This document shows, piece after piece, positions 10,420-20,163 of a stretch of DNA of 64,000 nucleotides; positions within the stretch are counted from its first letter, which is position 1, and every line of letters begins with the position of its first letter. Source of the DNA: an uncultured delta proteobacterium (GTDB lineage: Bacteria; Desulfobacterota; Binatia; UBA9968); contig CAWFJP010000003.1 in NCBI GenBank assembly GCA_963816145.1, positions 64,001-128,000 of the forward strand. The letters are read 5' to 3'. The notes beneath the pieces were generated by a model, which saw only the letters and a list, made by a program, of their open reading frames with translations, did no database searches and was not told the DNA's origin. A program made the position numbers and the translations under genes.

Positions 10420-11145
10420 ATGGTATTCACCAGCTGGCGCGGCGTAGTCGGGGTCGTCAAACCCACCCATCGGCCGGGATCGTTGGAAGAATTCATCCGC
10501 TTGATGCCGGAAGGCGTCGGCGTAGTGCCGGTGTACTTGGACTTCAAGCGTGGTACTGAGGACGAGTTCGGCTCGGCACTCAATGCGGTTCACGAAAAAG
10601 TCGCCGAGCTTGCCAAAGAGGGCGTCGACTTGATCCATCCTGAAGGCGCCCCGCCGTTCATGATACAAGGGTTCAAGGGCGAGGCGAAAATCACCAAGCA
10701 GTGGGAAGACGAATTCAAAATCCCCATTGTCACAGCGGCGCAGACCCAAGTCGAAGCGCTACGCGCGCTGGGCGTGAAAAAGTTCGTCGGCGTGACTTAC
10801 TTTGTCGGCAGCATCAACGATATGTTCACACGCTATTTCCAGGAGGCGGGTTTTGAAGTCCTGGCGATGGAGGGGATGAAGGTCGACTTCGCCGACGTTG
10901 GCCGTCTAGCTTCGACAGAAATCTACGGCCACACGCGCCAAGCCTTTCTCAAACATCCCGAAGCCGACGGCATCTATATGCTCGGCACCGGCTGGCGCTG
11001 TCTGGATATTATCCGCCTGCTCGAAGAAGATCTGCAGGTACCGGTCGTCCACGCTGTCCCGGCGCGCGTCTGGTCGGTGCAGAAGCGGCTGCACATCCGC
11101 CAGAAGGTTAAAGGATTCGGCAGGCTGCTCGAAGAGATGCCGTGA
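10420..11145 (+). CDS. Asp/Glu racemase / maleate isomerase / arylmalonate decarboxylase superfamily protein
   Basis: IPIVTAAQTQVEALRALGVKK, ADGIYMLG, LEEDLQVPVV, GFGRLL pattern. Confidence 0.8.
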   Translation: MVFTSWRGVVGVVKPTHRPGSLEEFIRLMPEGVGVVPVYLDFKRGTEDEFGSALNAVHEKVAELAKEGVDLIHPEGAPPFMIQGFKGEAKITKQWEDEFKIPIVTAAQTQVEALRALGVKKFVGVTYFVGSINDMFTRYFQEAGFEVLAMEGMKVDFADVGRLASTEIYGHTRQAFLKHPEADGIYMLGTGWRCLDIIRLLEEDLQVPVVHAVPARVWSVQKRLHIRQKVKGFGRLLEEMP

Positions 11146-11710
11146 CCTCCGAAGACTAAGGGTTCAAAGAATCCCAGTTCATTGACTGGTCAACGTCCAT
11201 TATTGAGAACCGAGCCTAGCCGCGAAAGGCGAACGATTGCGGCCCCACCAAGCTGGGACCTCGACCACCGGAGTGTCCAAAAGGTTGAGCGGATTTGTCC
11301 AGGTATTCACCAACCTCACATTAAACGAGAACGACAGGGGCATCGTCCGCGTCATCAGCGGACGTTCGCACAAACCGAGCGTCGTGACCCGCGGCGATGT
11401 GCTGTTCCTCAACGCCGGCAGCGCCGGGCCGAGGAGATTTAAGTTGCTGGTGACCGTTGCGCAACTAAACATTCAGCCCCAAACTTTGTGCTCAGAAATT
11501 GTCGAACTGCTTTAGTGAAGCTGTGACAATGCGACTAAACTCCAAGGTCCGCTAATAAGTAGCGGTTATAATTCTGATGATCGGTACGGGATAAATAAAG
11601 TGTGGTTAGCCCGGGTTTTTAGAAAAGAAAGTTAAGGAACCACGTGAGTTGGCCGTCTCTATTCTCCCGCGTCATTTCTGGGTTCTGCAAAGGGAAACCG
11701 GTTATCTGTA

Positions 11711-12706
11711 CTAAAACCTCCCTTCGCGGGCCAATTTTCTTGTGATGTCGTCGACAACCAAATCATCGGCCTTTAGGCGCCGTACTTTTTCGTTGCTGAC
11801 TCCGAGAAGTCGGATTCCGTTGCGAATCCCGTCAACACTCGGATAGATTTTCTTTTCATAGAGTCCGACAACGCGCCGATAGCCTTCTTCGGCATCTTCC
11901 GTCCGTGCCAGCCGAATCCCTTTGATCAAGCTTTTCAACACCTCCGGTTTATTTCCAGGATTGCGGATGAAATCAACGCTATCGAGTAGCGCTCGTAAGA
12001 CGTTTTCAATTGTCGAGGGTGATGAGGTGATGAAACTGCGCCGAACGATAATTCCCGATCCCTGATACGGAATGGGTAAGGCGCCTAGATCAGCTAGGAG
12101 GCGAAAACCCTTGTCCTGCACGAGCTTGCCGAAAGTGTAGCCCAGGTAGGCAGCGTCGACGATGCCAGTTAACAGTCCCTGGGCGATGACCGGTTGATCG
12201 CCCAGGGTTCGAATCTGGATTTTGTCCCGTTCAGGCGCCAGCTTCCAGTGATCCAGCGCGAGCATGGTGAATAACCATCCAGCACCGCTCAAGCTATTCA
12301 GGCCAATTATTTTACCCTTCAGCTCTAACGGATTGGATATCTTGGGATGCGCCATCACTGTGCCTGTGAGCTTATTGATAAACCCCGCCACAAAAACCAG
12401 ATCGGCACCTTCGGCGATTGCTCCGAGATTGGCGTTGGACATCGAGCCCCAGTGCATTTGCGATTCTCCGCTGCTCAGCGCGGCCGTACCGACGAGGCCA
12501 CTACGGACGTGCACCAGGGCCACATCGATACCGTATCGGCGAAAAAGACCTTGGTCTTGAGCGACATAGAGCGCCGCTTCACGCTCGGTTTGGGAACCTG
12601 TGGTGATGACGATATTCGTGATTGGCGTCGCTGCTTGGGCGAACTGATATCCGGAGACCAAAAGAGGGAAGAAGAGGGCTACGACAAAACTGAACGGCTT
12701 GACCAT
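11711..12706 (-). CDS. ABC transporter substrate-binding protein (NMT1/SsuA-like)
   Basis: Signal peptide, YVAQDQGLFRRYGID, LKGKIIG; paralog of 15782..16774. Confidence 0.85.
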   Translation of the reverse strand: MVKPFSFVVALFFPLLVSGYQFAQAATPITNIVITTGSQTEREAALYVAQDQGLFRRYGIDVALVHVRSGLVGTAALSSGESQMHWGSMSNANLGAIAEGADLVFVAGFINKLTGTVMAHPKISNPLELKGKIIGLNSLSGAGWLFTMLALDHWKLAPERDKIQIRTLGDQPVIAQGLLTGIVDAAYLGYTFGKLVQDKGFRLLADLGALPIPYQGSGIIVRRSFITSSPSTIENVLRALLDSVDFIRNPGNKPEVLKSLIKGIRLARTEDAEEGYRRVVGLYEKKIYPSVDGIRNGIRLLGVSNEKVRRLKADDLVVDDITRKLAREGRF

Positions 12707-12839
12707 AGTTGTTCTACCGTTGGTAATGGTAATCGATGGGGCGGTCAAAAGGCAACCGTGCCGCGGTCATGAATTGCAGCATCTCTTGAAGACATAACAG
12801 TGTCCTTGTAACATTCCTCCGGTTTGAGTTTTCGCTGGA

Positions 12840-14849
12840 ATGACATCTATGCCTACAAAACCAAATGACGCGGGCATTAGTCAAGATTTGGAGCTGCCGC
12901 TGGAACAGCGGAAGCTTCATGCGAAGTGTTTCCACCGGACTGGAATAATCAGTGAATTTGCCAAAGCCGACATTGAACAATCCGTAGACAATCGGTTCGA
13001 ACAGATTGTCGAGAGATATCCTGATCGGATCGCCGTCAAAACATCAAAACAATCTGTGTCCTATGCGGAACTCAACTTCATGGCCAATTGCGTGGCTGGC
13101 GCGATCGCGAAGCAACAAGAGCACCGGTCGGGCCCCGTGGGGATTTTATTTAACAGCGGATATGAACTGCTGGCGGCGATGCTGGGCGTATGGAAAGCGG
13201 GGAATACCGTTACCCTTTTGGACCCCATGTTGCCGAGCGCCAGGATTGCGGCGATGTTAGAAGAGTCCGAGGCTAATCCTCTAATTACTGACAAACAAAA
13301 TACTTCCTTAGCCCTGGACGCGGTGTCTATACACCGATTGTTGCAGTTTGAATCTATTGAACGATCCACCTGGCCTAAAAGTTTGCAGAGGCACCTCTCG
13401 CCCAAAGCATTCTCCTGCTTCGTTTATACGTCGGGTTCAACGGGCCAAGCAAAAGCGGTGATTTTGAGTCACCGAAACATGCTCCATCAGACAAGGCTGT
13501 TTACCAATGCATATCATCTGTGTCCGAATGACAGAATAGCCCTGTTGACTTCCGGCACCAGCAACACAGTTCACACTGCTCTATTGGCTTTGCTCAACGG
13601 TGCCACGCTTCTGCCATTTGATGTGCGACAAGAGGGCATAACCCGCGTTTCCGATTGGCTTGTCCGGGAGGAAATATCGATATGCCTGCTCAGCTCGCCG
13701 CTTTTTCGAAGCTTCTGTCAAACGTTGACGGGCAACGAGATGTTCTCCGATCTTAGACTCCTCCGTTTAAGGAGCGAAGCCGTTTATAAGAGAGACTTCG
13801 AGCTCTACAAAAAATACTTTCCCCGCCAATGTCTGTTAGCGAGCGGCCTGGCATCTACGGAAACAGGACTCTCGCGGAATTGTTTTTTCGATCACGACAG
13901 CGAAATCGCTGCTGATGAAGTTCCCGTGGGGTATGCGGTTGAGGATAAGGAGATAGAATTGCTAGATGTTGAAGGCAGGCGGGTTGGCTTCCACGAAATT
14001 GGCGAAATCGTCGTGCGCAGCCAATATCTTTCGCCTGGTTACTTGCGCCGACCTGATCTGACGGAAGCTAAATTCAGAGCGGATCCGCAAGGCGGAGAGA
14101 ACCGGCTATACTTCACGGGCGATTTGGGTCTGATGCTGCCTGATGGTTGTTTAATTCATAAGGGACGGAAAGATTTTCGCATCAAGATTCGCGGCTACGG
14201 AGTCGAAGTCGCCGAGGTGGAAAGGGCCCTGCGCGCCCATGCGGCAATCAGAGACGCTGTGGTGGTGGGACGAGACAAGAAATCGGCGGAGACGCAATTA
14301 GTTGCCTATTTCACCCTGGCACAACAGAGTAGTCCAAGCGTAAGTGAGCTGCGGGAATTCTTGGCTACATCGCTGCCCGCGTACATGATTCCTTCAGCCT
14401 TTGTTAAATTGGATGCTCTACCGCTAACCCCGCAGGGGAAAATCGCTCGGCGGGCGTTACCTGACCCTGAAAAGAGCCGGCCGGAATTAAGCGTTCCCTA
14501 CGTCGCGCCGCACAGCGACATGGAACTGCAACTCGCAAGAATCTGGAGTAATGTACTCAGCCTCGATCGAGTCGGTATCCATGATAATTTCTTCGACCTG
14601 GGGGGGCATTCGTTGGCAGCCACTCGGATAATTTCCCGGGTGGTCCAAACATTTCAATTTGAACTCCCCGTCAGGTCTCTCTTCGATGCACCGACAATCG
14701 CTGAAATGGCAGTCATCATCAGTCAGAACCAAAGCAAGCGGGCAAGCGACGCGGAGCTAGCACAGATGTTACGCGATGTGGAGACGATGACGGAGGAGGA
14801 GGCCCAGCGGCATGGGGAGGAAATGACTTCGACAATCTCCACCAAGTAA
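12840..14849 (+). CDS. stand-alone NRPS-like adenylation-thiolation (A-T) protein with atypical specificity pocket
   Basis: YTSGSTG, YFTGDLG, GRKDFRIKIRG, LPLTPQGK; PCP motif DNFFDLGGHSL; acidic C-terminal helix. Confidence 0.9.
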   Translation: MTSMPTKPNDAGISQDLELPLEQRKLHAKCFHRTGIISEFAKADIEQSVDNRFEQIVERYPDRIAVKTSKQSVSYAELNFMANCVAGAIAKQQEHRSGPVGILFNSGYELLAAMLGVWKAGNTVTLLDPMLPSARIAAMLEESEANPLITDKQNTSLALDAVSIHRLLQFESIERSTWPKSLQRHLSPKAFSCFVYTSGSTGQAKAVILSHRNMLHQTRLFTNAYHLCPNDRIALLTSGTSNTVHTALLALLNGATLLPFDVRQEGITRVSDWLVREEISICLLSSPLFRSFCQTLTGNEMFSDLRLLRLRSEAVYKRDFELYKKYFPRQCLLASGLASTETGLSRNCFFDHDSEIAADEVPVGYAVEDKEIELLDVEGRRVGFHEIGEIVVRSQYLSPGYLRRPDLTEAKFRADPQGGENRLYFTGDLGLMLPDGCLIHKGRKDFRIKIRGYGVEVAEVERALRAHAAIRDAVVVGRDKKSAETQLVAYFTLAQQSSPSVSELREFLATSLPAYMIPSAFVKLDALPLTPQGKIARRALPDPEKSRPELSVPYVAPHSDMELQLARIWSNVLSLDRVGIHDNFFDLGGHSLAATRIISRVVQTFQFELPVRSLFDAPTIAEMAVIISQNQSKRASDAELAQMLRDVETMTEEEAQRHGEEMTSTISTK

Positions 14850-14909
14850 TTTGCAGTTGCCCGCCTTTTGTCGGCGTGTGAAATCTTCTCCACAATGTTT
14901 AGGCGAGAT

Positions 14910-15160
14910 TTGCTTCAAGGCATCGTCGTCGAGTCGATCTACAACTGGTACTGGCTGGTCGACGGGTTGATGGATAAAGGGCACAAGCTTCATCTGGCCA
15001 ACACCGCCGCGATCCAGCAGTACGCGGGACTCAAGTACACCGACGACAACTCCGATGCTCGATGGCTCGCCCATATTCTAAGGCTCGGAGTTTTACCTCA
15101 AGGCTATTTCTATCCCAAACATGATCGAGCGGTGCGCGATCTTTTGCGCAAGCGCAGTCA
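14910..15160 (+). pseudogene. IS110-family transposase N-terminal fragment
   Basis: GIVVESIYNWYWLVDGL..HLAN..KYTDDNSDARWLA..LRLG..GYFYP..RAVRDLLRKRSQ, matching the DEDD-type IS110 N-terminus; truncated. Confidence 0.8.
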
Positions 15161-15189
15161 AACGTTAAAGTACGAGGTGCTCAAACGCA

Positions 15190-15590
15190 CGATGCGATCG
15201 GCAGGAGGGTGGGCGGAAGTGAAGTCCCAGAGGCGGCGTCTAAAGCCGCAACCGTCCGACGAGCGGGTCTTGGGAGGCGGAGAGTTCGTCGAGCGCATCT
15301 TGAGCCAGGCTGATAAGGAGGTGCAACGCCAGCAAGCGGCGCGCCGGCAGGGCGGACGGATCGAGCGGTTGATTGCCGCAATGTGTAAGGATAAGGGAGT
15401 CTCGCTGACCGAGCTCAGAAGTGGCAGCCGGCGCGGGGAACTCCCTCAAACTAGGGCTGCGTTGGTGGGCAAGTTGATCGAGGACTTCGGCGTCGCGGCC
15501 GCCGAGGTTGCACGCCAAGTGGGGATATCGACTTCCGGGGTTTCGAAGATATTGAGCCGACGTTTGTCCAACTAGTCAACAACGTCCCCA
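15190..15590 (+). pseudogene. C-terminal fragment of a REP-associated (Y1/RAYT-like) transposase with terminal HTH, plus element end
   Basis: RSAGGW..V...DERVLG.GEFVERIL...LRSGSR...AEVARQVGISTSGVSKIL followed by tagtcaacaacgtcccc; the catalytic HUH part is absent. Confidence 0.65.
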
Positions 15591-15663
15591 TGCTTTCCCC
15601 TAAGATTAGAGGTCGCTGGGTATACTCCTCTATACGCTTTCATCAAGGCACACGGCGATTCAT

Positions 15664-15731
15664 CTGTCATTTCGAGGCGAGCCGAGAAATCTCTGCAAAC
15701 CCGAGATCTCTCACTTTGTTCGAGATGACAG
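15664..15731. repeat. REP-like palindromic element (ctgtcatttcga...tcgagatgacag)
   Basis: Terminal inverted repeats with inner gagaaatct/agatctctc arms; intergenic. Confidence 0.75.
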
Positions 15732-15781
15732 TCAATAGGGGAATTATAGGCGCTTCGCTGAATTTCCACCGCTGTAAGAAT

Positions 15782-16774
15782 TTAGAACTTTCCTTCCTTC
15801 TCCAGCTTCCTGACGAACCGGTCGTCGACTAAGTCCTCGGCTTTCAGCTTGCGGATCTTTTCATTGGTTTGCCCGAGCAGGCGAATGACATTGCGCACAC
15901 CGTCGACACGCGGGTAGATTTTCTTTTCGTAAATATTGGCGAGGGTGTCGTAGCCTTCCATCGCTTGTTCGACTTTTTGCAAGCGCAAACCCTTCATCAG
16001 ACTCTTCAGCACGGCCGGTTTATTTTCCGGCTTTTCGAGGAACTGCAACGCATCGATCATGCCTCGCAGGACGTTCTCGACGACCTCAGGGTTCGAGTTC
16101 ATGTAGCGCCGGGTCGTCATTATACCCGTGCTCTGGAATGGGATGGGCAGTTTGGAGAGGTCGCCGAGATTGGTGAAGCCCTTGTTGAGCAGCGGCGCGG
16201 AAAAGGTGTAGCCCAAATGCGTCGCTGCAACGGTGTCGTTGGCCAACGCCTGGCTGCGCACCGACTCGTCGCCGAGAATACGAAAGGTGATGCCGTCGCG
16301 CTTGGCGTCGAGGCCCCAATATTCGAGTGCGAGCGTGGTAAACATCCAACTGCCGCCGCTGGCGCTGGTGACCGCGATAGTTTTGCCTTTCAGGTCGGCG
16401 GGGGTTTTAATTTTCGGCGAGGCCATGATGTTGCCGATGAGTTTGTTGATGATACCGGCGACAAAGACGATATCCATGCCCTCGGCGGCGGAGCCGAGGG
16501 TGGCACCGGTGGCCGAGCCAGAATGGAAGTGCGTTTCACCCGATGCGAGGGCGGCCATGCCGACCGGGCCGCTACGCACGACGACAAACGACACCTCCAA
16601 ACCGTAGCGGCGAAAGAAACCCTGGTCCTGGGCCACGTAATTGACCGCATCGCGTTCGCTAAACGACCCGCTGGTCATGATGAGTTTGGTGATCGTTTGA
16701 GCACCGAAAGCGGGCGCAGCTGTGAACAGCAGAACGCAAAGAAGCAATCGCCGGAATATTCGATAAAGTGTCAT
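15782..16774 (-). CDS. ABC transporter substrate-binding protein (NMT1/SsuA-like)
   Basis: Signal peptide, YVAQDQGFFRRYGLE, DLKGKTIAV; RBS ggagg. Confidence 0.88.
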   Translation of the reverse strand: MTLYRIFRRLLLCVLLFTAAPAFGAQTITKLIMTSGSFSERDAVNYVAQDQGFFRRYGLEVSFVVVRSGPVGMAALASGETHFHSGSATGATLGSAAEGMDIVFVAGIINKLIGNIMASPKIKTPADLKGKTIAVTSASGGSWMFTTLALEYWGLDAKRDGITFRILGDESVRSQALANDTVAATHLGYTFSAPLLNKGFTNLGDLSKLPIPFQSTGIMTTRRYMNSNPEVVENVLRGMIDALQFLEKPENKPAVLKSLMKGLRLQKVEQAMEGYDTLANIYEKKIYPRVDGVRNVIRLLGQTNEKIRKLKAEDLVDDRFVRKLEKEGKF

Positions 16775-16794
16775 AAAGGACCTCCGCGACGCCG

Positions 16795-16823
16795 AGAGTA
16801 AAGTAAAGCTATGGCACGGTCAA
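16795..16823 (-). promoter_or_regulatory. putative sigma70 promoter for the substrate-binding protein gene
   Basis: Minus strand ttgacc-17 bp-tactct, about 20 bp before ATG 16774. Confidence 0.45.
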
Positions 16824-17028
16824 GGCGAAACGCCGGTCGCGGATCGGTGTCATGATTATGAAGGGACAGATTTATCGCTGCGCGCGAAATGACAGAGCCT
16901 GAGTCGCGTTGCGGCGAACCCAGCGAGGCATCCCGCCCAACTGCGCCGCCAGGAAATTCCCTTAGGTTGGCGACCATGCTATAAAAGTGGATAGTCTCAA
17001 GCAGTCTTTATTAGAGCATGAGTCGACA

Positions 17029-17847
17029 ATGATCCTTGAACCGGAAAAATTTCGTAGTTTCGAATTAGCCGGCTGGCAGGAAATTCCTGCCGGTTACCAC
17101 GACGCCTTCGGTCCATTGACCGCGCAAGCGATCGAACCGCTGCTCGATGCCGTGCGGTTGAAGAAAGGCATGAGCTTTCTCGACATAGCCAGCGGGCCGG
17201 GCTATGTCGCAGCTGCTGCCGCCAAGCGCGGCGCCACCGTGCTCGGGGTCGATTTCTCGGCAGCGATGGTCGCCCATGCGCTGCAGTTGCAGCGTGGGGT
17301 GGAGTTTCGCGAAGGCGATGCCGAGGCGCTGCCTTGCGGTAATGGTTTATTCGACGCTGCGGCGATGAACTTCGGCATTCTTCATCTCGGCCAGCCGGAA
17401 AAGGCGCTCCTCGAAGCGCACCGGGTTCTGCGCGCGGGCGGTCGCTTCGCGTTCTCGGTATGGGCCAAATCAGAAGAGACCATCGGCTTTGGCATTGTCC
17501 TGCGAGCCGTGGAACTTCACGGCGAGCCGCGCGTCGAGCTGCCGGAAGGGCCGCCGTTCTTTCGCTACAGCGACCCTGAAGAGTGCAAGCGCGGTTTGAT
17601 CGTCGCCGGCTTTGATTCGCCCAGCGTCGCCAAGGTTCATCAAGTCTGGCGCTTGCCAGCCGGCGACGGCTTGTTCAATGCCATGAAGGAGAGCACGGTC
17701 CGCACGGCCGGTTTGCTGCGCGCGCAGAAGCCGTCGGTGTTGGCAAAAATTCGCGATGAGATGCGCAACGCTTTGGGAAAGTACACCAAGGGCGATGTTG
17801 TTGAGTTACCGATGCCAGCGTGGGTGGCGTCAGGGGTGAAGGCTTAA
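17029..17847 (+). CDS. class I SAM-dependent methyltransferase (UbiE-like)
   Basis: LDIASGPG motif I, GVDFS, GDAEALP, RVLRAGG. Confidence 0.88.
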   Translation: MILEPEKFRSFELAGWQEIPAGYHDAFGPLTAQAIEPLLDAVRLKKGMSFLDIASGPGYVAAAAAKRGATVLGVDFSAAMVAHALQLQRGVEFREGDAEALPCGNGLFDAAAMNFGILHLGQPEKALLEAHRVLRAGGRFAFSVWAKSEETIGFGIVLRAVELHGEPRVELPEGPPFFRYSDPEECKRGLIVAGFDSPSVAKVHQVWRLPAGDGLFNAMKESTVRTAGLLRAQKPSVLAKIRDEMRNALGKYTKGDVVELPMPAWVASGVKA

Positions 17848-17895
17848 ATTAAGCCCGTTCAAAACGTTTTCCGGATAGATCGGACAGTTCCAATC

Positions 17896-17976
17896 CGTCA
17901 TGCCAGTGAAAAACGGTATCCATCTTCGGTTTCGATTACTTACGAACCGTGGATACCGGCTTTCGCCGGTATGACG
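17896..17976. repeat. palindromic MITE/REP-like element, copy 1 (cgtcatgcc...ggtatgacg)
   Basis: Inverted termini; shares cgtcatgcc.gtgaaaa.cgg.atccatcttcg with 22548..22631; lies between convergent genes. Confidence 0.8.
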
Positions 17977-17999
17977 AGTGGGAGGCGTTTATCGCGTCG

Positions 18000-19199
18000 T
18001 TAACTGACCGCCTTTTCGTTTTCGATGTCAGGGATCGGAGTAGGAAATTCAAATTCCTCAGTGCTCGCGTTTTCCAGTCCGTAGCGGACCAATTCGTTCA
18101 CATCCAACTTCGATTCATCGGATTCGACCTCGTCGAATCGCGCCTTGGTTGCGGGGTGTTTGGGGACGAACAGTTGGCAGCAGTCCTGGTCGGGGATCGA
18201 GGAAGTCTCAAAGGTGCCGATACGGCGCGCTTGGTCGACGATCTCTTGCTTGTCCATTCCCACTAGCGGTCGCAGGATCGGCAGGGTGACAGCCTGTTGA
18301 ATCACGGTCATGTTTTCCAGCGTCTGCGACGCCACCTGGCCGAGACTTTCGCCGGTAACCAAGGCGCGGGCTTTTTCTTTACGCGCGATGCGTTCGCCGA
18401 TGCGCAGCATCATGCGTCGGTACAGGACGACGCGCAGCGGCCGCGCCACGGCGGCGACGATTTGGCGTTGGATCTCGCCGAAGGGAACCATGTAGAGCCG
18501 CGATTGAAACTGGTGGCGGGTCAGCAGCTTGACCAGCTTGCGCACTTTGTCCTGGGAAGTCTTGTCCTGATAGGGCGCGCTGTGAAAGTGCACGAAGATC
18601 ACCCGGCAGCCGCGCTGCATCATGCGATAGGCCGCCACCGGCGAGTCGAAGCCGCCGGAGATCAGCGACAGCAACCGTCCGCTGGCGCCGACCGGCAAAC
18701 CGCCGGCGCCGGGTAATTTATTGAAACCGAAAAAGGTATCCTTCGGCAGGATTTCGACATAGACGGTGAATTCCGGATTGGTGAGATCGACCCGAGCGCC
18801 TGACTTTTCCTGAACGGCTGCGCCGAGTTGGCGATTGATCTCTGGCGAATTCAGCGGGAAGTTCTTGTCGCCGCGTTGGGTATCGATACGGAAGCTGGAG
18901 AAATGCGCGCCATTGAGTCCTGCCAGGATTTGGCTGCGCAGTTGGTCAATATCGCGCTCGCTGCGCTGGACTAGAGAAAAGTTGGCGATGCCGAAGACGC
19001 TGGAGATGCGTTCGCTTAACGTCTGGGGCTCGATTTCGTTGCGAAAAGTCAAAACTAGGCGGGCCGGCAAACTGCGGATTTCCTTGGCGCCCAAATCTTT
19101 GACCGACGCGAGGATATTACGCTTGAGCATCTCAGTAAAATAAGCCCGGTTGCCCTTTTTGAGAGCGATTTCGTGATAGCGGATCAGAACGGAGTCCAT
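18000..19199 (-). CDS. thiI: tRNA 4-thiouridine synthase ThiI (no rhodanese domain)
   Basis: YHEIALKKGNR, THUMP region, PP-loop SGGFDSPVA, TGESLGQVASQT, DCC..F.PKHP. Confidence 0.95.
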   Translation of the reverse strand: MDSVLIRYHEIALKKGNRAYFTEMLKRNILASVKDLGAKEIRSLPARLVLTFRNEIEPQTLSERISSVFGIANFSLVQRSERDIDQLRSQILAGLNGAHFSSFRIDTQRGDKNFPLNSPEINRQLGAAVQEKSGARVDLTNPEFTVYVEILPKDTFFGFNKLPGAGGLPVGASGRLLSLISGGFDSPVAAYRMMQRGCRVIFVHFHSAPYQDKTSQDKVRKLVKLLTRHQFQSRLYMVPFGEIQRQIVAAVARPLRVVLYRRMMLRIGERIARKEKARALVTGESLGQVASQTLENMTVIQQAVTLPILRPLVGMDKQEIVDQARRIGTFETSSIPDQDCCQLFVPKHPATKARFDEVESDESKLDVNELVRYGLENASTEEFEFPTPIPDIENEKAVS

Positions 19200-19284
19200 G
19201 CACGAGAACTAACAGATTCAACCGGCTTTTGCATGCCGTCGACCCTATGGTAGTATCGGCGGCAGCAATCAAGAGGAGTGATCC

Positions 19285-19611
19285 ATGAGCAACTTCAAAA
19301 AACTATCCGATGCCAAGAGCTTTTCGGCGGATAAGATGAAAAAGAATAGCGTCTTCGAAACTGAGCACTTTTTCTGCGATACTTATTGTTTCGAACCCGG
19401 ACAGGAGCAGAAGCCGCACACCCACGCTCATGAAGACAAAGTCTATTACGTGCTCGAAGGGCGCGGTTCCTTTAACGTCGGTTCTGAAGAACGTGAACTG
19501 GGAGCAGGGGAGATCGCCCTGGCGCCGGCCGGGCAGAGCCATGGAGTAGCCAACCGCAGCCAGTCGCGTCTAGTGACTTTGGTCTTCGTGACGCCGAAGC
19601 CACATCATTAA
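19285..19611 (+). CDS. cupin-domain protein
   Basis: PGQEQKPHTH..EDKVYYVLEG and APAGQSHG cupin motifs; RBS gaggag. Confidence 0.85.
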   Translation: MSNFKKLSDAKSFSADKMKKNSVFETEHFFCDTYCFEPGQEQKPHTHAHEDKVYYVLEGRGSFNVGSEERELGAGEIALAPAGQSHGVANRSQSRLVTLVFVTPKPHH

Positions 19612-19706
19612 GCCGTAGCTGGCGGTTCAAGGTTCCAGGTTCAATGTCAATTCGGAGCAAAACTTCACCGTATGACGTTCGTGTGTGCGGCTGAATGAGG
19701 AAGATC

Positions 19707-20129
19707 ATGGCCGACGAAATCCAAGCCGTCGCTCAAGCGAACCAAGCTTTTTACCGTGCCTTTGAGACTCTTAAAATCGAGGCGATGGAACAAGTCTGGG
19801 CCAAAGACGCCGACATCCAGTGCGGTCATCCCGGCTGGTGCATCCTGCGCGGCTGGGGCCCGGTGATGGAGAGCTGGAAGCGGATCTTTGAAAACACGCC
19901 ATCGATGCAGTTCACTTTGACCGACGTGAATATCCAGGTGAGCGGCGAAGTTGCCTGGGTGACGCTCTATGAAAACTTGAACAGCTCGATCCAAGGGCAG
20001 AACTTCTCTGCGGCCATTCTGACCACCAACGTTTTCCAAAAAACTGCCGATGGTTGGCGCATGATCCTGCATCACGGCTCATCGGTTTCCCAGCCGATCG
20101 ATCAGGATGAGAGCAATACGGTGCATTGA
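19707..20129 (+). CDS. SnoaL/NTF2-like protein
   Basis: ANQAFYRAFE, CGHPGW..LRG, TNVF...GWRMILHHGS. Confidence 0.85.
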   Translation: MADEIQAVAQANQAFYRAFETLKIEAMEQVWAKDADIQCGHPGWCILRGWGPVMESWKRIFENTPSMQFTLTDVNIQVSGEVAWVTLYENLNSSIQGQNFSAAILTTNVFQKTADGWRMILHHGSSVSQPIDQDESNTVH

Positions 20130-20163
20130 AGCCTACCCTAACTTTCGTCTACGGTCGTTCGAT

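Noticed and set aside
11182-11515. Short overlapping ORFs after the racemase-like gene
   Set aside because: No convincing start, RBS or recognisable family; possibly a gene relic but unsupported.
16812-16826. sigma54 promoter tggcacg-N4-aggc
   Set aside because: The -12 element is poor, and the same bases form a better sigma70 promoter on the minus strand.
17029-17847. EgtD histidine methyltransferase partner for the sulfoxide synthase
   Set aside because: It has UbiE-like class I motifs, lacks EgtD signatures (PEYY, ELGSG), and is 10 kb away.
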